Source: Magallana gigas
Lineage: Eukaryota
DNA: 64,000 bases
Direction: 5' to 3'
Assembly (NCBI RefSeq): GCF_963853765.1
Contig: NC_088857.1
Span: 31,558,001-31,622,000 of the forward strand
Within the stretch, counting starts at the first letter, position 1. Each line of letters starts with the position of its first letter. A program made the translations under genes and the position numbers. The notes under the pieces were generated by a model. It worked only from the letters and a program-made list of their open reading frames with translations. It had not been told where the DNA came from and did not search any database. Shown here piece after piece: positions 13,316-25,400 of the stretch.

Positions 13316-16300
13316 TCATTTAAGACTTCTCACATCAAATTTCTTCAGATCTAACCATTTATAGTCCGAGCGTTTAGCCTCCATGTATTTTTCCACAAAA
13401 GCCAGAAATTCTTTAGACTGGACTTTCGGGACTGTCCGGGCGCCGGATTTAGAGGGAGGGATTTTGAAGCAGCCAATATTTATCTTATCCACTGTGACGT
13501 ATTTTAGCTTGGCAACCACTCTCATACAACCGGAAAAGGAAGTGGAGTTGACATTCAAGTTGTAGAATTGTAAACAAATGCTGGCCAAATCCTTCAGTCC
13601 TGGTATGGCGGCACACAATGGAGGAGGATTTCGAGCTAAACGTATAGTAAAATAAAAAAATAACAATAAATGTAATTTTGAGCCAAAGATAGTTAATTAA
13701 TAAAATAAAATAAATGAATGCAAACTTACAACAAATATGTAGTACATGACCGATTTGAAACAATATGTTCAAATATTTATTTCACTAAATACTGACTAGA
13801 TCATCTATGTACATTAGTATAAACAGTAAAAAAAAAATCAGTTCAATTAAAAGAGGCGTAATCTATTGAAGCATATTATACATGTTTGTCCAATGAAGAG
13901 TGTTTACCTGAAATAGAGGCGTTGATGTAGACGTGTCCATCCACGCTGAGTGTGACCTCTAACCCGTAATCCTGGTCCAGGTACTTCACGTTGATACACA
14001 CTGTCATGAAATATAAACAGTAGGTAAAAAGTTCACAAAAAATCAGAATAAACCTAGCTTGCAAATGGTAAAAAATCAACACATTGACCATTAGAAAACA
14101 TGTCGACACTCTCTGTATAATTATTTTGCTAAAAATTCCTTGCAGTTCCATTTGATGAAATAGATAAAATTGCAAAATCAGATCTATTTGAGTACTAGTA
14201 TATTTGGGTCCAACACATTTTCCCTTTTAAGACCCAATTAATTAACAAGTCGTTTTAAACATTTTCTAACAAAACTCAAGCTTGACCTGTAGTTTCTCAT
14301 TATCAAGTTACTCAGCAAGTTTGAAATTAATTCTCCGAACCATAATGGGGGGAAAGTTGCACAAAAAACCCGACAGCTACTGAGCTAGAGACATCGACAA
14401 AAGACATCTCTAGCTACGTAAATAATAAGACATAGAATACTCTTCTTCAGCTCTTACCGGTGTCGTTCAGACCTATCTTGTCCACCTCTAAATGCTGACA
14501 ACATCCACACGTGTAGCCCACACAGCTACACCCGTTAGGTTCCTCCTCTACATTCTGTGGTTTGTGATCAAATACTGCCAGAAAAATGAAACCAAAACTG
14601 CTTTTATATAAAGAATAATACTAAATATATCGATTTATAATGTTTTAAATACTCAATGTTTTCACATTAATGAAATCCTAAATTGTCACTGAAAACGGGG
14701 ATGGTCAAATTACATCAGAATAACTGTAGTTAAAGTTTTCTTCGATGAAACGGTTTTCTAGACCATCGTATTCCTGTGCAAATGCATCAAAATTACAGAA
14801 CATGGGCAAAAAAAGAGTGCACAAATGTTTTATGCTTTAACCTTAAAAAATCATTTTAAAATTCTAAAATATTTTATTTGAACGTACGGTAAAAAAAAAA
14901 ATGTTTTAGTTCTCAAGCACCGCCACATCTGGATAAATGCTGCCGCGTTGATTAATTTTTTTGCCATATGGAAAAGGGGAATAACCCATTTTTCAAGTCA
15001 AACATGAAAATTAAGTTACTCCCCTTTGCACATCCACCTAGTATCTGAAGCATTACTAGTATACTTTGAAGTTAATTGGGTCCGAGAATCAAATTTTTTT
15101 ATTCTTTCCTTCAAATTTTAAAACATTTTATTTAAATTTATATTCTAGTACATGTAACAAAATGAAATCATACAAATGTCATGTTGTAAATTCTGAATTT
15201 ACCGGGTGGCAGTAAATACAAAATTTACAAAAGTAAAATCATCAACAATAGCCTACGTCCTAATATTTTTGTCACAGGTTAATGTTTTCGTCACTTTTTC
15301 ACAATTTAAAAAAATACACATACCTATCCCTCAAAGAAGAACAATTGATATCGATGAAAAGAAACAAATCCAATTTTTTTAAGACTTCTTTTTCATATAT
15401 CATCTATTTTTACCCAGAGAAAACACGATCGAAAATTAATTTCTTACGGAGATTTATAATGGGAAACGTTAATATCATTCTTTAATCATTCGGAAGTCAC
15501 TCGAAACATCTCGCATAATTTTTAACGTTACCATCTGGGTACTTTCATGTCTCTTGTAATTTAAAATTCCCGTGGGCCGTGTGTTGAGAAATCTGACAAG
15601 CTAGAGGGGTGTCTCAAGGGAGACGTCTTCAGTTTTTTTCGTATTATTGATTAACATCGTTTGATTACTAGGGTATTTGTAATTATTGAATAATTCAAGA
15701 AAATGTGCTGCATAACTATCTTGGGACAGAGTTAAACACAAATGAATTGGTCTATTAGTATTTCGTTTCTGCATGATTCTAGTGTTCCTATAGTTAACAT
15801 TTTAAACTTAAGTATAATGCACTATCCTTTGCAAACCTGTTTCATGCACAAGCGTAGAGTACTTATACATTTTTGTTGTTTAAACAAACACAAAGAAAAA
15901 ACAAAATATGTCACGGTGGCTTAGAACCCTTACATTATAAAGTGCAGTTTACAAAGCACTTAGCCATTTGAGGCACAACAATTGAAGTCTAACATTTAAA
16001 TAATATATTACTGTATTTTTTACCACGAGTTTAAGGACTTCATTACTTTTCTGAAACAACAAACGTTGTGCTTCAAATTAATAGTGTTAATGTATTATAC
16101 TATACTATACTACAATACTATAACAAAAATATAGAATACAGACCGACTCAACAAATTAATAAGCCCCTTATAATATAAAAGTCCCTCAGCATGTGTTTTC
16201 TTCATCAGTACTTTAGCATGTTTAGACTTGACTGTTAATTCAATTTCACCGACTTCTCTCCTTCACTGTTTTCTATGGCCCTGCCCATCTGATTCCAAAG

Positions 16301-16938
16301 ATGCATAATGTCTAAAGCCATGACCCCCAGTCCACCCCAGAAGGGTGAGGACCGCAACGTTGCAAATTGGCCGTGGTTTGCAATGATGCACGCAATAATG
16401 CGAATAGGGAAAAGAATTAAAGTAGTCCTGCCACAATCCCATATTTATCCTATTTTGTAAATAAAATGTCGTTTTAAAGAATGGCAGTAAACACTTCAAC
16501 TGCCGTTTTTCGAAAGCTAAAATGTATTATTTGAGTGCAACTCTCGGAGGGGATGTAGATAAGACTGAGTTAAAAAGCTGTTGAAAAATTCTACTATATA
16601 TAGGCCTATATGTGTCTTTAATCTCGGCGAGATTCGTCGAGACTGAAATTTTTTGACTGACGTCTCTTCTTCGGAAGAGACATCAAAATTTTCAGAAATA
16701 TCAGTCACATTTTTAGTCTCGACAAATCTCGCTGAAATTAACATATTTTTGAGAGTCACACTTGGACAACGAATTAACAGATAAATAACTCTACTTTCAC
16801 TTTCAATATGCTCATGTTTCTCAGCATTTTACCTCGGATACTCGGCAATGAAGACGGATGGACAAAATTAAATGTAACAGCAAGTAATGCCAAGCTTAAG
16901 TAGCCTAACATGATAAAGCTGTCTCTTTTAAATCCCAT
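13316..16938 (-). CDS. Secreted Cys-rich DUF4773-type protein
   Basis: Exons 16938(or 16911)-16833, 14574-14458, 14000-13908 and 13635-13316, all phase 1. Signal peptide MLGYLSLALLAVTFNFVHP. Motifs GCSCVGYTCGCCQH and SARNPPPLCAAIPGLKDLASICLQFY...SGC. Extra exons between 16833 and 14574 are not excluded. Confidence 0.8.
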
Positions 16939-19900
16939 CACAATATCCTTCCGCTGAAGTAACAAATGTTTACATGAATGAACTACAATAGGAAATGTCG
17001 ACTGCTTTGTAAATGCAAAAATACGCACTGATTTTCTCCGGATTTTTCATCTTCAACAATCGACCTTATTTTCTCCAGGGTTCAATAAAATGACTCAAGG
17101 AACTGTCGAAATCTGCCCAGTCCTAAGTGAAAAAATAAACTGACTCAAGATTTTTGAATTATTTGATGACAGGTTAATGATGTTATAGATATAAATATTG
17201 CGTTTAAATTGTATCAGCAGGCAAAAAAAAAGGGGGGGGGGCAAAGCCTCCCCCCCCCCACTTTCTCTCGCAGCAAACATAATTTTAATATATTAGATTT
17301 CACCATATTTTAAAAAAATAAAAATTGAAGTATCAGGGAGCTACCGCCTCTTGCCCCCGCATTTTCGGTAGAATGTAAGGAATTGAAATGAAAATAAGGA
17401 AATATTAAGAGTGATGTTGAAAATTTCAGTTACAGGAATACTACGCCCCCCCCCCCCTTTGTTTTTAACTTGTCAAGATGATGATTAGTCGAGCTCCCCC
17501 CCCCCCCCCTCTTTTTTTTTTGCTTTCGACGCCACTGCATAATAACAAAAACTGATTGACTTTCCTTTTCTGTAGTTCTACTATTTTAAAAAAAATAAAT
17601 TTTGATCACAAAAGGATGGGGACTGTCACGCGGGACCCCGGCCCCCTCTAAATCAGCCAATGGCTATTTGCCTTATCAAAAATGTTCTGTGGTCGATTGC
17701 CGTTAATTTATATAGTCACTTACATGTATTGCACAAAGTGTACACGTATTGTGTTCATGGTACCACTGATAGGAAAAAATAATTTCAAGTGTATGTAGAT
17801 ATTGAATAATATACGTAATTTACCGTTCATTGGTGATCATTCAATGGACTTTCTGGGTCACATGTATATGAATGACGTCATGACCCCGTTAATTCTCACC
17901 AACGCGGGTCAGTAGTTCATCCAACGATAAGTCAACGGCAGCTGTACATGTACTTGTAAATGTACAACATATATATAAATCCATATATGAAATTACGCCG
18001 GCGTGAAGCGATCTGAAGACCTTGCGAGGAACTACTATAGAAATGAAATACATTTTATATACTTATTCTCCCTTACTATAATGATATACATGTGTAAGTT
18101 CTTCTACATATCTACATGTAGATACGTTATTTGTGTTATTTACAACATGTGTAATATCGGTGCATCAGTTTGCATTCTTCTATACTCGTAAATGCAAAAG
18201 TTTCAATCATTTTTCATTTTAGCCTACGATACTTATCCACCTTTTGAACAACCGGCCCCTGAAATATATTGTCTCATTGAGAGAACTTAAAAATACTATA
18301 TCTGAAGGAATTCGGTGTCCTGCATCGGACGATAAATTGTCCAAAAGAAAAAAAACCCTGTTAATAAACGCTGTTTTGTTCTCATGTAAAACTGTTAAAG
18401 CCAATTACAAATCTGGCAACTGCTTTCGGCTTTATAAAAATAATCACTTGTTTAATATCTTATTTTAGAGTGAGTGAGTGAGTACATTTCTAATTTCATA
18501 ACCCAAACAGAAGTCTGGTATCGTAATCGTATCAGAATGTGCGTCATCGGGGGTTATCAATTGTCTTTATATAGAATATTGGCGAAAGTTTCTCTGTCAG
18601 AAGGGAATTTATAGTGACATACAAGGTTTACATTACAGGATTAAACACCAGTCCACAATTCAAAGGTAACTTTTGACAACGTCACAAAAAAACCTGTATA
18701 CAAATATGTAAATTATCAATTTTGATCTCGGGGCATAAAAGTCCTTAGTCAGAATTTCATGTCTACATTATAATTGTAATCATTATGTATCTTTATATTG
18801 ATGTGTCTATTTCACATAGTTTTAGTATACTAGTATGTATATAATTATGTGTGTATATTTCATATAGTTTTACATATTATATGACACATTTTAGTTGAGG
18901 GTTTGTTTAAAAAGTCAGCTACATGTGTTACATGTATTTGATATTGACCAAGATAACACACATTTTAACACTTTTATATAACCAGGTAACTTACTTACCT
19001 GAAAGGTTACCAGGTAATAAATGCAATATTTTCCTTTTCTGTCCAATATTACACACCATTCCTCAATACATTTTAAAGATTTTTGATAATATGTACAGCT
19101 AAAATTCTATAACACGTTTTTTTTAATGCATTTGTCTCACTGACACACGTCGGTGTAGTTTTGAATCAAGTAAAATGTAGCTACATATCAAAAATACAAT
19201 TTTTATTAAACAAATGCACGAGGAGGTCAGATCATTATAAGGCATAGTTTTTGAAGTGATATAATACGGGGGGGGGGGGGAAATTTCTTTGTTCATCTCG
19301 CAATTTATTCATCATTTTCATATCCTGTGAAATAACTGAACTCACATACAAGACAAATCTTTTTTGTCATTATAAACAAATTCATTCATATTCTTATAAT
19401 TTTAGCGCTATATAATCATTTCGTAATTATCGTACTTTCAATAAGTAAAAAGTCACATGCTGAGACGAAATATTTTACGTCATATCTTGAAATTGTGTCA
19501 TCATGTGGACATACATGGTGTACTCATGGCGCAAATATAGTATTTATTCATATGTGACGATTTTGTGGGAACAAAGGACAATTATACTCGTAATTACACG
19601 AACTAATCAAAATAAAGCAGAAAAAAGGATCGCCAATCATGAAATCATGTTTTTTTCATACCATTTAAATCATAGCTGGTTTATCAGAAAGTCATTTTCC
19701 ATTTTGCTGCTCGCTACATGTACGTTCTGTCAAGAGAAAAACCGACACTAAAGATAAGAACTTATACAGTGCACCATCCCTAATTTTATGTTTCATACAT
19801 TAATACATTCAAAAAATTACATGCATGTAAGGATTCTGTTCTAAACAGAGTAAAATTTAGAAAATTGTTATATATTACAAAACATTACAAAATTTTGTTT

Positions 19901-19944
19901 TCTGATATTAATACTATCATAATGCTATTTCGTGCAGATACAAC

Positions 19945-21151
19945 ATGCAAACCACTTTCCTTATCATCGGTCTTGTGACGACAGCTCTACAAGTCCAATC
20001 AACGGCCATCCCTGGCAAAAAAGCTTCATTTTTATCCATGTGTAAGCATCGCATACAAACCATTCGTTCATGTTAACTTCATAGCGGGGTAATTTCAGGG
20101 TCAATGTATATGCATTGATTGGTTAGCGTCTTTTGGCAATTTTTCTGAAAACACCCCCCCCCCCCCCAATAAAAACCAAAAAACCAGACAACTTTTAAAA
20201 ACATTAAAAAATACAAAAGTAGTAAATATATTACTGTTTAAAAAGTGTACGAATAAAAAATTATGCTCACATACTGTACACATGTATATAACATACAGGT
20301 ACATATGGCTTAAGGAGAACAAATCCCCGCCGTGAGGAAGTATCGTTTATGAATTGCATGTGAATCTCTTGTTTCAGTGGAGAACACCGTTAAATCCACG
20401 CTAGAAAAGAAACTGTTGACAGAACTGGAAAAGAACGTCGACTGGAAGAACAGCCCCAAGTAAGTCCATCAAACGGCAATGCTTCGAAATTTTAATTTCA
20501 TCACATTATTGAGGCACCTTGTAAGAATAGATATCCGTGACATATTGTTTGTACAGGTTTTACGAAGAGGCCTTACAGCTGATCAAGGAGAATGAGGGCC
20601 AAATTCTGGGTGGAATCATGAGGATGGTCATTGACAAATCAAACGGCACTGGAGTAAGTACTTGAATACAGGTGGAATATTATATAAAGGGAGGGGGCTT
20701 TATGATACCATGGGTCGGCCCGGAAATTTCTAATTAATATACTGAAGAATAATAAAATTCAGGAGTACTGGCATCTTTTTAGAAAACAAAGGTTTTGCTG
20801 GAATATTCGTACCCCACCTCTAAGATTGTCTTATGTAATATTGTAAGTTCGCTCTGATGAAAATGACCATGAATTTAGTCCTTCTTTTTACTTTATTTTT
20901 ACAGAAACTTTCCATCAAAACGGCTGAGGAGGTAGTCTCTGACTTCCTGACCTCCAGGACTCACCACAAGAGAGACGAGGACGATCACATGATGCCCAAC
21001 TACCTCAACATCAAGTTTGGCGGATTTGGTGAGTATCTAAAAAATTACTTCAACGTGAAAATTTATAAAATGGTATACCTTTAAAATTGAAGTTGACATC
21101 TTCATGTTGTTTAATGCTGCAACAATTTTTTTTTAATTTACAGGCAAATAG
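19945..21151 (+). CDS. Putative neuropeptide precursor, 135 aa, with a single C-terminal amidated peptide DEDDHMMPNYLNIKFGGF-NH2
   Basis: Five phase-consistent GT-AG exons: 19945-20041, 20378-20459, 20557-20653, 20905-21028, 21144-21151. N-terminal signal MQTTFLIIGLVTTALQVQSTA, dibasic KR site, terminal G-K-stop, and AATAAA near 21200 and 21283. Confidence 0.85.
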
Positions 21152-22029
21152 CTTGTTGGAATGTTACCACTTGCTAATAATTGCTGACAGAATTATGTGC
21201 AATAAAATTCACGGGAAAGGGCGGCTACTCTTATATATACACCATATGTACATATTATCATCTTGACTTGCAGTTCTTTATAAATAAAACATGGACTGTG
21301 ATACCATTATATACATATCTCTTAATGCACTTTGTTTCCATTGATAACTGAAGTATTTTGTTTCATCAAATCTCAAAATTGATGTTTTGTGTATAACGAT
21401 GAAAACTAAATAAACGGTTCTGGCACACGATGAGCTCAAAGCATTTTAAGCCCATACTTTCTTACCTACAAAATATATTATAAAATAGGTTAACTTGGGG
21501 CTTGGTGATCCCCAGTAAAACAATCTGATAAAAATACGATCTTGATTTGCTATTATAGAATGCTACATGTACACACTCCGCTTTTGTTGATTGCAATAAA
21601 GTGTGTAGCAATCAAATTAAGCAGATCAGGAATCTGATTTCAAACCAAATGAAATAAATAGCAATGCAATTTCCACTATAAGTACACTCATATCTTTATA
21701 AGCATGAAATTTTGTTTTAAAAAAAAATTCAAACACATAATGTACAAAACCATATTCATTTACCAGTATACATACAGATGCATTCATCGTCAATTTCAAT
21801 ATCAAAATAAAATGTATCAACTGCACACGCACCTTGCAACACATTGCACTGTCAACAACAGTTTTCCTGAAAGACCTTGACTGTTATGAACACAACGGGA
21901 CCATTATCATGTCAAACTACGCTGTCAATATCACAGTTTATACATGTACTCCCGAACAGCAAGAAAGAAGCTCTAGATCCGGCTAGCCCTGTCTGAACAC
22001 AGCAAAGATGTTACAGTAGCATAGCACCA

Positions 22030-22450
22030 GTGGTGGAATTTGAGGTTTTTTCAGTAGCAAAAAGTGTACCAGATATTCCTCAACACCAGCATTAATCATA
22101 AGATTGGAGTACCAGATATTCCTTAACACAACTGGTAATCACAAGATTGAAGTTCCAGATATTCCATGACACAACTGGTAATCATAAGATTGAAGTAACA
22201 GATATTCCATGACACAACTGGTAATCATAAGATTGGAGTACCAGATATTCCATGACACAACTGGTAATCATAAGATTGGAGTACCAGATATTCTTCAGCA
22301 TCAACGGTAGATTCTGAGGTTTTTCTCCATAATCACAGGTGGTAGATATTACTCGGCACCAGTGGTGGAATTTCAGGTTTTTTCAGTAGCCACAATATCA
22401 AAGTACCAGATATTTCTCAGCACCAGCGGTAGACTTTGAGGTTTTTCTCG
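22030..22450 (-). repeat. Tandem ~39-bp repeats and degenerate copies of the RFWD3 terminal codons in the 3'UTR
   Basis: Repeated cagatattccatgacacaactggtaatcataagattggagtac, plus 4 variants of caccagcggtagactttgaggtttttc. Confidence 0.8.
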
Positions 22451-25400
22451 GTGAGGGCAGCGAGGTAGGTTTGTTGGTTGAGCCTCAGGGTACATGTGTC
22501 CACCACCACCCCTCCTGCAGGCAGGCGCTGGACTAGCTGACTGGACGATGTGTCCCAGATGTGGACCTGAAATTGGTCATCAGGAAATATCAAAGAATAT
22601 CTTAAAGTTTGATAAAACATAGTTACCCTCTAGAACATGACAGCAAAAGAAATTGAAAATTTTCTCAAATTTTGAAGGACAATAAATTAAAAATTGGTAA
22701 CGGGTTCAAAATGTCATCTTTATTGAATCCATAATCTGACTAATTTTTAAGAGTTATACTATCTGAGTACCATCTACCGGTATACATGTATATACTATGT
22801 TCAAAAACTTCAGATTATTTCTAATCTGACATATATTTTGAAGAGTCGTACCCTATGAATTTATTCTCATTCTAACTATAATCTGACTTATTTTGTAAAG
22901 ATACACAGTACTGTAACCTATGGACCAATACTTATTTTAACTATTATTAGACGTATATTTTGGGGTGTTATACTCTATTAACCAACACTAAAACCAACTA
23001 ACCCCTGATGAAGTTTCCTCCCCGGCACACACCAGCATCCTACTGTCCTCTGCTGGATGAGTCATCAGAAGAGCTCTGGTCAGCACTGTCTGTGTCTGAC
23101 TGCCATGAAAGGTGTGGACCACGTGACAGCTACATCCGTTGTCAATGACAGCGGGGTCAACACTCAGGTTCACACAGGTCATCTCACACAGCTTCAAAAA
23201 GGTCAAGGTCATTAACAGCAAAACAACCATCCAGTCTAATATATATCAAATTTAGAGTATTGTTGAATACATGTATGTAAAATAATTAAAAATGTCATTA
23301 ATGATAAATTGATGTCATAAATGATTTGTTGTTTTTTGGCCATTATAAAAGTAGAATCTCAAAGTAACATATACATTGTTCAAAATATCTTTTGCACAAT
23401 TGATGTTAGAAATTAAACAACAAAATAATCAAGTCTGCATAAATTTTCAAATCCCCTCCATTTAACGACTGAATTCAATTGTATTTATCTGATTTTATAT
23501 TATAACTTAATAACTGACCTATATAATCATTGACTACTTTTACCTGATGTCTACTGGTGGGATGTTTAGAAGTAGGTCTGAAACTAGCTAACAGGTGTCT
23601 GGTGTGGCTCTCGAAGCACAAACTGGTCAAGTTACCTAGAGATCAACAGCACAAAGAAATGTTCACTGCATATATGTACCGGTATATTGTACCCTTGTAA
23701 TATACTGTATAGCATGTAAATGTGAAATGAATAGTATCATTAATGGTTTATATCCAGATTTCATCCAACAATAAATTGACATGTGTTTCAATACTGCCCA
23801 CCACGGAGGGTAATATATGTAAACTTAAAAGACTGAATCTTTTTATAGAAACACTACACAAAAATGTCAAATCCTAAGTATTTTCATCCATCTTTACCTT
23901 CTAGTGGCAGCATGTGCAATCTGTATTGGTTATCCTGTTTCTTCTCATAGAAGCTGATTTTATTCAACTGGCCCACGACTAAACCTCCTGGCCTAAAAAC
24001 ATAAAAAAATATGCCTAAAATACTTAAAAAACTCAATTTTGAATATTAAGCAAGCCCATCATACTATATGTATTCCATAGTAATTATAAGTGAATCTGTC
24101 CTCTCTGTTCAGTTTGAATTTTTCCATCAGAGGGACTGTCAGAAATGAAGAGCAAAACACAAATTAAATTGATAAGATAGTAAAATTTTAGTTGTTACAT
24201 GTGTATGCATATGTATGTATAATAACCTAAAGCCAGCTTGAATGTCTTTTGGAATGTACTGTAATGATACCACTGGTGACCGTATACCCTCAGTATTCAA
24301 TTCCTGGACATGCTCAGAGGTGTTCCGAATGTCAAACTCCATTACATTCCCATTGGCTTGTCCAGCATAGAAAAAATTCCTGTCATCTGTGTTCCACACA
24401 CAGCTCCAGACAGGATTGGAGAGATTGTATCTGTAAAAACAGAAAGGTTAATTTGTGTCAGTCATTTTTTGCAATTTTAAAAGTTTCTTATAGAAAACAA
24501 TACAGAATACAATTTCTGCATTTTCAATATTTTGCGTTTGAAAGAGATTGCGAAAAAAAGCAAGAAATGGCAAGAATTAAATCATCGCGAAAATTACTGG
24601 ATAAAAGGTAATTTTCTAATCAGTTGTGCTGCACCTGACCATCGTTACTAGCTAAGTTCAATACATACACTAGCTGATTTTGCACATTAATGGCTGAAGA
24701 ATATTATATGTTTGAAGGTAAAATGTCAACTACCTGTAATATCTGTTATAAACTAACTTCTATAAGCAACTGCTTTATTGCTGGATATAACAGTGCAATG
24801 TGGATGAAAAGGGCAATGCTATATATGCATTTATGTTAACAACCAGTGATTTGAGACTATAAATAATGATGACCAAGAGGTACTGATAAATGCTGGAAAT
24901 ACAAATGAAAGTTGGAAATATTTCACAAATGATTTACCATACACCATTCAATGAATGACCTTTAAATGAAATTTTCAAAGTTTTAATACAATGTTTAGAA
25001 GTGAAACTCTTCCTTATGATTTTATCTTTATTACTTTTCCTCATCAATAATCTTACGTCTGTACAACAGTATTGCTGATGACACTTGTCATCTTGGCTGT
25101 TTTATCCAATCCACAGCTCAGGAGTATTCCGTCATCCACAAACGGGTGGAAGCAGCAGTCGCGGATAGCTTTACTGTGAACAGTTAAGTACTGGGAGGTT
25201 TTGAAATCCATACAACTAATCTGTTTGGAATAGAATATACGAGTCATTGACAAATTAATAAAATTAAAACAAAGTTTTAGATTTCCTTGTGATAATAAAC
25301 ACTCCATATGCTTTTTGCAAGAATGAGACACATGATTATAACTATTAAAGATAGCTGGATAAAGAAATAATTACTTGAAGAGCATTATAATTATATAACA

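Noticed and set aside
16263-16759. ORFs in the first intron of the DUF4773-type gene as extra exons
   Set aside because: Plausible acceptors exist, but I found no phase-compatible GT donor; exon 1 joins exon 14574 in frame without them
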